From Macrostomum lignano (Eukaryota): a stretch of DNA of 64,000 nucleotides. The position numbers and the translations under genes were made by a program. The notes under the pieces were generated by a model. The model had not been told where the DNA came from, searched no databases, and saw only the letters and a program-made list of their open reading frames with translations. Every line of letters begins with the position of its first letter. Position 1 is the stretch's first letter. Below are positions 56,101 through 64,000 of the stretch, piece after piece. Location of the stretch: the NCBI GenBank assembly GCA_002269645.1, contig NIVC01001739.1, positions 179,239 through 243,238 of the forward strand, written 5' to 3'.

Positions 56101-59100
56101 CCAGTGACTCTCCTGACACTCTAGTGACTCTCCTGACACTCCAGTGACTCTCCTGACACTACAGTGACTCTCCTGATACTCCAGTGACTCTCCTGACACT
56201 CCAGTGACTCTCCTGACACTACAGTGACTCTCCTGACACTACAGTGACTCTCCTGACACTCCAGTGACTCTCCTGACACTACAGTGACTCTCCTGACACT
56301 TCAGTGACTCTCCTGACACTACAGTGACTCTCCTGACACTCCAGTGACTCTCCTGACACTACAGTGACTCTCCTGATACTCCAGTGACTCTCCTGACACT
56401 CTAGTGACTCTCCTGATACTCCAGTGACTCTCCTGACACTACAGTGACTCTCCTGATACTCCAGTGACTCTCCTGACACTCCAGTGACTCTCCTGACACT
56501 ACAGTGACTCTCCTGACACTACAGTGACTCTCCTGACACTCCAGTGACTCTCCTGACACTACAGTGACTCTCCTGATACTCCAGTGACTCTCCTGACACT
56601 ACAGTGACTCTCCTGACACTCCAGTGACTCTCCTGACACTACAGTGACTCTCCTGACACTCCAGTGACTCTCCTGACACTACAGTGACTCTCCTGACACT
56701 CCAGTGACTCTCCTGACACTACAGTGACTCTCCTGACACTTCAGTGACTCTCCTGACACTACAGTGACTCTCCTGACACTCCAGTGACTCTCCTGACACT
56801 ACAGTGACTCTCCTGATACTCCAGTGACTCTCCTGACACTACAGTGACTCTCCTGACACTCCAGTGACTCTCCTGACACTACAGTGACTCTCCTGACACT
56901 CCAGTGACTCTCAAAACACTCTAGTGACTCTCATGACACTCCAGTGACTCTTCCGACACTCAAGTGACTCTCCTGACACTCCAGTGACTCTCATGACCCT
57001 CTAGTGACTCTCAAAACACTCTAGTGACTCTCATGACACTCCAGTGACTCTTCCGACACTCAAGTGACTCTCCGACGCTCCAGTGACTCTCATGACACTC
57101 CATTAAACTCTCCTAACACGGCTATGACTGTTTCGACAAGCCATTAACTGTTTTGACATTCCATTGACTCTCCGGACCCTCATTGACTGTTCTGATACCT
57201 CCTAACAGTTTATTGACTCTCCTAACACCTCACAGACACTGTGACACCTCATTGACTCTTCTTATACTCGATCAATCGTTCTGACACCACATCCGCTACC
57301 TTTTTGAGTTCTGACCGAATTTCGAGCTTTGCCAGCACGGCAGCCCTACAAATTTGCAACCCGCCAATCCGCAGAAGCGCCCTGGCCAACCGCACAGTTG
57401 GTGGCGGCTTTGAAAACGGCAGCTACTATTCGAACTCTGAGATCGCCTTCCTTGAGCTGCCGAATTTGCATTCGATTCGGCAGAGCTTCCTTGCTATGCA
57501 GCAGAGAGCCTTGGCTCCGGACGCGGATTTTGCTGAGCTGGCAGACGCTGGCGGAGCGTGCCTTCTCGGCGAGCTGGAGAAGTCCCGCTGGCTGCAGCTT
57601 GTCTCGGCTCTGATGGGGCACGCCACGAGGCTGGCAGCCGCCCTTGTTGTTGATGGTGAGCTGGATTTGTGTTGACTTGGATTGTTGATCTATCCGATGG
57701 ATTGGTAATCTATCCCATGGATTGCTAATCTATTCCATGGATTGCTAATCTATCCCATGGATTGCTAATCTATCCCATGGATTGCTAATCTATCCCATGG
57801 ATTGCTAATATATCCCATGGATTGCTAATCCATCTCTCCCAAACTACTCGCAGGCCGATCAGTTCTGGTCCACTGCTCGGACGGCTGGGATCGGACTCCC
57901 CAGCTCACCTGCCTGACTCTGTTGCTAAGCGACCCGCACTATCGCAGTTTGGCCGGCTTTCGAACTCTGCTAGACCGCGAGTGGCTGCAGTTCGGGCACA
58001 AGTTCGCCAGCCGCTGCGGCCCCGCTGAGCCCAACGAATGGTCGCCAATATTTGTGCAGTTTCTGGACTGCCTTCATCAGTTAATTAGCCAGTTTCCAAG
58101 CGAGTTTGAGTTCACGGATCTGCTGCTGCGCAGGCTGGCAACGCACTGCTATAGCGGCCTGTTCGGGCAGCTGAGCTGCAACTCTGATGCGGAGCGTTCG
58201 GCTGTTGCTATGACAACTCAGCAGCGGTGGAGTCTGTGGAGCCTGTTCGAGCTGCAGGGAGTTCGGAATCTGTTCTATCAGCCCAGCCGCGAGGTGCTGT
58301 CCCCGGACATCGGGCTGGCTAGCCTGAGCATCTGGTCCGAGCTCTACGTTCAGGGCAGTCGGATGGCTCCGGACAGTGTCCGATGCGACCTGGACGGACT
58401 GCCGGTTGAGATTGAGCCGCCACAGGTGAATTTCTGTGTGGTTTCTATTCTAGCAGGATTGGCTAGAGATTTTGTTGTGGGATTTAGGATGTATAGAGGA
58501 TCAATGATTTGGGATTCAGAGACTGGGATTATTGATTATGGATTCAGAGACTGGGATTATTGATTTTGGATTCAGAGACTGGGATTATTGATTATGGATT
58601 TAGAGACTGGGATTATTGATTATGGATTTAGAGACTGGGATTATTGATTATGGATTCAGAGACTGGGATTATTGATTATGGATTCAGAGACTGGGATTAT
58701 TGATTATGGATTCAGAGACTGGGATTATTGATTATGGATTCAGAGACTGGGATTATTGATTATGGATTCAGAGACTGGGATTATTGATTATGGATTCAGA
58801 GACTGGGATTATTGATTATGGATTCAGAGACTGGGATTATTGATTATGGATTCAGAGACTGGGATTATTGATTATGGATTCAGAGATTGGGATTATTGAT
58901 TATGGATTCAGAGACTGGGATTATTGATTATGGATTCAGAGATTGGGATTATTGATTATGGATTCAGAGACTGGGATTATTGATTATGGATTCAGAGATT
59001 GGGATTATTGATTATGGATTCAGAGACTGGGATTATTGATTATGGATTCAGAGACTGGGATCATCAATGATTTGGGATTCAGAGACTGGGATCTAGGATG

Positions 59101-59786
59101 TGAGATTCAGATCGAGAATGTGCCACTTTGAGCTTTGAAGTCTTAGACTCAACTCAGTAATAAAATCTTCATCTTCAATTTCTCACCTTCAGGCGCAGCT
59201 TCTCTCCCTCATCAACCAGCTGGAGACGACTCGCATTCAAGCGCGCCAACTGCAGGACCAGCTGAACTCTTCTCAGCTGGCATCAACATCGCCAGTTGTA
59301 GAATCACCAACCTTGGCCGCCTCTCTGCAGCAGCAGCCACCGAAGTCCTCTCTGCCCAGCATTGAAGTTGTTGACGGGGCCGACGCTCGCCGCTGCTTCA
59401 CCCACTGGGTGCCCGACCACCAGCGAAGCAGGTGCGCCGGCTGCGCTGCGACATTCTGGAAAGCAATCAGGCGTCGGCATCATTGCCGCGCCTGTGGCGA
59501 CGTGTTCTGCCACGCCTGCTGCTGCGAGTACGTGCAGCTGCCCAGCCAGCTGCTGTCGGGCCCCAGCCGGGTCTGCAGGCCCTGCGCCACCGCGGTCAGG
59601 AATGTCGTTCAGCAGGTCGAGTTTGGCGGCGGCAGCAGCGGCGACGGCGGCAACGATGATACCGCCGCTCTGACGGCAGCGGCAGCGGCGGCCGCTGCGG
59701 CGGCTGCAGTTCTTACTACACAGCAGGTGCCGGCGCCTTCGATATCGATTACGTCATCGGACAGCCAGATTACCGTGAAATCTTAA
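53183..59786 (+). CDS. MTMR3/4: Myotubularin-related phosphoinositide 3-phosphatase with C-terminal FYVE domain (MTMR3/MTMR4 type), about 747 aa
   Basis: Exons 53183-53736 (start uncertain), 54180-54422, 57375-57655, 57854-58425 and 59193-59786, all in phase. Motifs: YRSRGRFP, ARSGQP, DARTYRSALANRTVGGG, catalytic VLVHCSDGWDRT intact, REWLQFGHKFASR, coiled coil, FYVE WVPD/RRHHCR/RVC. Confidence 0.93.
53760..54010. repeat. Degenerate ~32-bp repeat (ggtgagattttgaggatctagattcttgtcaag) in MTMR intron 1
   Basis: Direct reading. Confidence 0.8.
54423..55102. repeat. 21-bp minisatellite (gtatgacctgcatgactggct) starting exactly at the MTMR intron 2 donor
   Basis: About 32 units; the first unit is the AG|GTATGA donor. 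Confidence 0.97.
55751..57100. repeat. 20-bp minisatellite (ctcctgacactccagtgact) in MTMR intron 2, with a 280-bp higher-order repeat
   Basis: About 58 clean units plus a degenerate tail; identical ORFs at 55999 and 56279 mark the 280-bp period. Confidence 0.97.
57700..57830. repeat. 20-bp minisatellite (tatcccatggattgctaatc) in MTMR intron 3
   Basis: Direct reading. Confidence 0.9.
58505..59095. repeat. 28-bp minisatellite (ctgggattattgattatggattcagaga) in MTMR intron 4
   Basis: Direct reading. Confidence 0.96.
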
Positions 59787-61049
59787 TTGATTCCTGTGGA
59801 TTCTATTTTGCAAAACAATGATGTTCAACAATATATAGCTGGTAATTTCTAATCAGTAGCAAGTAAAGAAAGCTGTAAGTGTTTTGTTAGAATAGCTAGA
59901 TAATTAAGATCAATTTCTTTCGATCAGTTCAGTAGTTAGGACGCTAAACCCGAGGCAGAAGTAATTTACATTTGCACTGAGCAAAGCGCAAGCGGGGCAG
60001 ATAAATGTACATATAAATTTAAGCCCCGTCCCGACGCTGGAGGATTAAGTCCGTAAAAATAAAGAAAAGATTTTATTGCCAACCGATTTTATTGAAGCGA
60101 ATCACGTGACACGCCTTCGGGGCCTACATGTACATTTGCGTTAACTAGCTCAGTTGATAATGTACACTGCTGCATAACCCGCCTAGTCAATTAAAAAATC
60201 AGGGATTGATTTTATTCCATGCCATGACCCCACCCTGTTTTACTCATATTGAGGGGTAGAGGAGGGGCAGAAATCACGTGACGCTGATTCCTCCGGTCTA
60301 ATGTACATTATTACCAGGCTAAACCCCCAGGACGCGAGAGAGCAATAAAATTTGCGAAGCAGCTTTGCGTGTTGATAAATAGGAAGAACTGGCTACTGGC
60401 CTACTGATTTGGAAGTAGCTTAGAAGCATATTCGCTGGTTAATCAGATTTTTTATCGTTTTATGTAAATAAGTATTGCTCATCTGTCATTTTTCAATTTT
60501 AGTTTTTTGACACTATAAAGCTGTAAAAATTTACACGTCAAGTGTTTTTAATACCATCATTTGTATTACCTTTGCATGCGTCAATTAACTTTTTCATGTC
60601 TCCTAATTGTGATAAAATCAAATTATCTGTATATCGCTCTATTTTTTAGTTTTTTCTAAGCTGAGTTTAACATACTGTTAGTGTTTCTATTAAATTGAAC
60701 TCAAGTTTCTTTACGTGCCTAAAATCGCTTAAGTGTTTAGAAATTCTTTTTCAAAAATTGATTTCAAGGGTTTCATTAATTCCACTGGCTTACGTAAGAA
60801 GTTCATGTCAAATTCGTGCATGCATTGCCTGCTCATTAAATAACCCCCGGCGAGTGCCAGGGAAATGTCTAACCAAATTCTAATAATAACCGGTGGATTT
60901 CGAAGTTTGTAACTAAACCTCACCTTCGACAACACTATAGGTAGGTGTATTGTGCAAGTCAAATTTTTCTATTTACATTATGCGGTGTATTGTTTTGTGC
61001 ATAAGTTCAAGCGTCATTTTATCTAATTATAGCATATGTAATTATCTAC

Positions 61050-61400
61050 AACCTGGGTGTACACTGGCCCAATACCAACACCCACCACCCGGCAATGTAC
61101 ACTGGCCCAATATCAATACTCATGAACACTGGCCCCTATCAACACCCACCACCCCGCAGTGTACACTGATCCCTATCAACACCCACCACCCCGCAGTATA
61201 CATGTACACTGGTCCCTATCAACACCCACCACCCGACAGTGTACACTGGGCCCTATCAACACCCACCACCCCGCAGTATACACTGATCCCTATCAACACC
61301 CACCACCCCGCAGTATACACTGGTCCCTATCAACACCCACCACCCGACAGTGTACACTGGGCCCTATTAACACCCACCACCCCGCAGGGTACACCTAACG
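61050..61400. repeat. ~42-48 bp minisatellite (tacactggtccctatcaacacccaccaccc...)
   Basis: Direct reading; lies between the convergent MTMR and PSME4 3' ends. Confidence 0.9.
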
Positions 61401-62053
61401 TCACCAATGTCTCTAATTCTAAGCGTTTCTTATGTAGTGACTATTTTTAATTACCGCACCTGTACGTTACTCCAGTACTCTGTAAAAGCGTTTTACATTA
61501 ACTTTGGCATCAATATATCATTAGGAATCGCCCCACACCGAAAATGTGTTTCAATCGTCAGATTTTCAAGTAAAAAAATTCAGCAGATCCAACGAGTATG
61601 ACTTATTAATTTCTTTTCAAATTCAAAGCTTCAAGACTGGCGAAACGGCATAAAATGGTTCATATTTTAATAATACGCACTGCCCACCAAGGAGACACGC
61701 CGGCAATATCAACTAAAGGAACATAAGAGCCAGAACTGAGAGAAGTGTTCTTTCTGACGAAAATAGAATCAATAGAAGCGATGATGGTAGTGTAAATCCG
61801 GGAGTTGGGACTGTCGGACTGACTGACTGAATGGCAGCAAGATAAAAAACGCAAATCTATCGTTCTGAACTAGTCAAAGTACTTGCAGTAGTAAACTGTT
61901 GTTAAGTTTTGTCACCAGGAGAGCAAACAGAAGACAAACAAGTTAATTCGGGGGCTTGGAAGACCTACTCGCTCGCTCACTGTCACACAGGAGGGGGGGG
62001 GGCTAAAAAATTAATTCCGCTATTTGAGTAACCCAGTCCGAGGGCCAAGCAGT

Positions 62054-64000
62054 TCAGGCATAGTAGTTAGGCGACACCAGCAGGTCCGTGAGCACTAGCA
62101 GCTGCTCCTCGGTGAACATGTCCTTGTCGGCGTGCCACGTCTCCTGGTGGGTCCGCTTGAAGCTGGCCAGGGTGCTGCGAACCGAGCTTTTTATTGGCTC
62201 GGGGTCGTTCACGTGCTGGCACAGCTGCATCAGCACGGGCGGCAGGTGCGCCGGGACATCGTAGGGCGCCGATTCAACTATGGAGCAGAGGCCGAGCACC
62301 CCGCTATGCCTGGCGTTCACCTGGCCGAGCTCCGGCCGCTGCCGCCCGGCTGCCGCTTCCTCAGCGGGTGCGGCACAGGCGCTGCAGGTCGGGCAGCAGC
62401 TGGGCTCCGTCATCAGTCAGCCGGAGGTAGCCGCAGCGCAGCAGGCCGACAGCGTCCCGAGGCCGCCTTGCGCACGTCCAGACTGTCGTCCTGCAGCAGG
62501 CGGAGCACCAGGCGGCGAACTCGGGAGGCAGGTCGCCTGGAGATGTCAGGAGAAAATTATCGGTAAAGACATTGAGCTGTCAGGAGAGACACTGAGGTGT
62601 CAGGAGAGACACTGAGGTGTCAGGAAAGCCATTTAGGTGTCAGGAAGGACATGGAGGTTTCAGGAGAGACACTGAGGTGTCAGGAGAAACACAGAGGTGT
62701 CAGGAGAGACACTGAGGTGTCAGGAAAGCCATTTAGGTGTCAGGAAGGACATGGAGGTTTCAGGAGAGACACTGAGGTGTCAGGAGAAACACAGAGGTGT
62801 CAGGAGAGACACTGAGGTGTCAGGAAAGCCATTTAGGTGTCAGGAAGGACATGGAGGTTTCAGGAGAGACACTGAGGTGTCAGGAGAAACACAGAGGTTT
62901 CAGGAGAGACACTGAGGTGTCAGGAAAGCCATTTAGGTGTCAGGAAGGACATGGAGGTTTCAGGAGAGACACTGAGGTGTCAGGAGAAACACAGAGGTGT
63001 CAGGAGAGACACTGAGGTGTCAGGAAAGCCATTTAGGTGTCAGGAAGGACATGGAGGTTTCAGGAGAGACACTGAGGTGTCAGGAGAAACACAGAGGTGT
63101 CAGGAAAGCCATTTAGGTGTCAGGAAAGCCATTTAGGTGTCAGGAAAGACATGGAGGTGTCAGGAGAGACACTGAGGTGTAAAAAGACAGAAGATCCCAG
63201 ATGCAGGCCACTCACAGCGCCATGACAAACAGGTTGAAGAACACGCAGCACTGCAGCAGCCTGAGCAGGCATTCCCGCGACTTCCAGGAAATCAAGCTGG
63301 TCGACAGCTGTTCAAAACGGTCCACAAGCTGCGGAGCAACCTCAGAAGTGACAGGGAGCACGGCGAACATGTCCAAAGCCGCTTGCAAGTCTTTGTCCAG
63401 CATCAGATCGAAGCTGGAGATTTGCAGCAGTTCGAGCATCGGCGGCAGCAGCAGCCAGATGGACTCATTCGGCTGGGTTGATGCCAGCCTGGTTAACTGC
63501 AGTGCAGATGCTGCGGATGGTGAATACGGCGTCGCTCTTGCGCTGCTGCGTCTCAGTTGCGTCCGGCGAGGCGGCCGAACTGGAAATTGCGTCATTCATC
63601 ATTTGACCTTAAATAACGGCAACAATAGTAATCGGAAATCGAAATGACCTCTAAATGACCCCGACTGATCTCAGAACAGCACTGGGATGACCAAACAACC
63701 TCAAATGACCTTGAATTTATATGACGTCACACTAAACCGGAATAAAAACGCGGATTACGAGGATTACAATTCAGATTAGACCGAGGGATTAAATTCAGAT
63801 TTAGACCGACTTAAACGAGACAAAAACAGCACAACATATTAAACTGCTCACGAAGACTGCTGCGACATTTCCACGTCCTCCAGGTCATCCTCCTCGTCTC
63901 TCCGCTGCGATCGTCGACAATGCGAACGCTGGCCGAGCTGGAGCTGGCGGCCCGGCCACCGCCACCGAGCCGTCCTCGCTGGCAACAACCTGGCCGGGGT
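62054..64000 (-). CDS. PSME4: Proteasome activator PA200/Blm10, 3' exons (runs off the window end; several apparent frameshifts)
   Basis: Exons 62054-62536 and 63216-63579, plus a partial exon ~63853-64000. Motifs: SWKSRECLLRLLQCCVFFNLF, LLQDDSLDVRKAAS, RHSGVLGL..SAPYDVP..FKRTHQETW..LLVSPNYYA* (C-terminal YYA, the HbYX motif). Confidence 0.9.
62545..63180. repeat. 20-bp minisatellite (actgaggtgtcaggagagac) with a 100-bp higher-order repeat, filling the last PSME4 intron
   Basis: Near-identical ORFs at 62597, 62697 and 62797 show the 100-bp period. Confidence 0.96.

Overview
Animal (eukaryotic) genomic DNA with spliceosomal introns and a very high tandem-repeat load. The style fits a free-living flatworm such as Macrostomum, but that is inference only. 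Genes: two divergent ionotropic glutamate receptor-like paralogs (513-3698 +, 5' end outside the window; 24345-34317 +), an NPY/NPF neuropeptide precursor (20184-21400 -), a mu-crystallin/ketimine reductase gene with two tandem copies of its first coding exon (41207-44445 -), an MTMR3/4-type myotubularin with a FYVE domain (53183-59786 +) and the 3' end of PSME4/PA200 (62054-64000 -, several frameshifts). Mobile DNA: an intact TTAA-flanked piggyBac (34473-37563), a full-length APE-RT-RNase H LINE with a perfect 13-bp TSD (45321-50701) and a truncated RTE-like insert. A 7.4-kb 17-bp satellite and about 25 mini/microsatellites account for most long ORFs in the track, which are artefacts. The most interesting signals concern intronic minisatellites. 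(i) Mutually inverted arrays bracket individual exons, including the duplicated CRYM exon, where pairing could loop out one variant. (ii) Some arrays have units that are themselves 5' or 3' splice-site consensus sequences. Splice structures were assigned by eye and are not transcript-validated.
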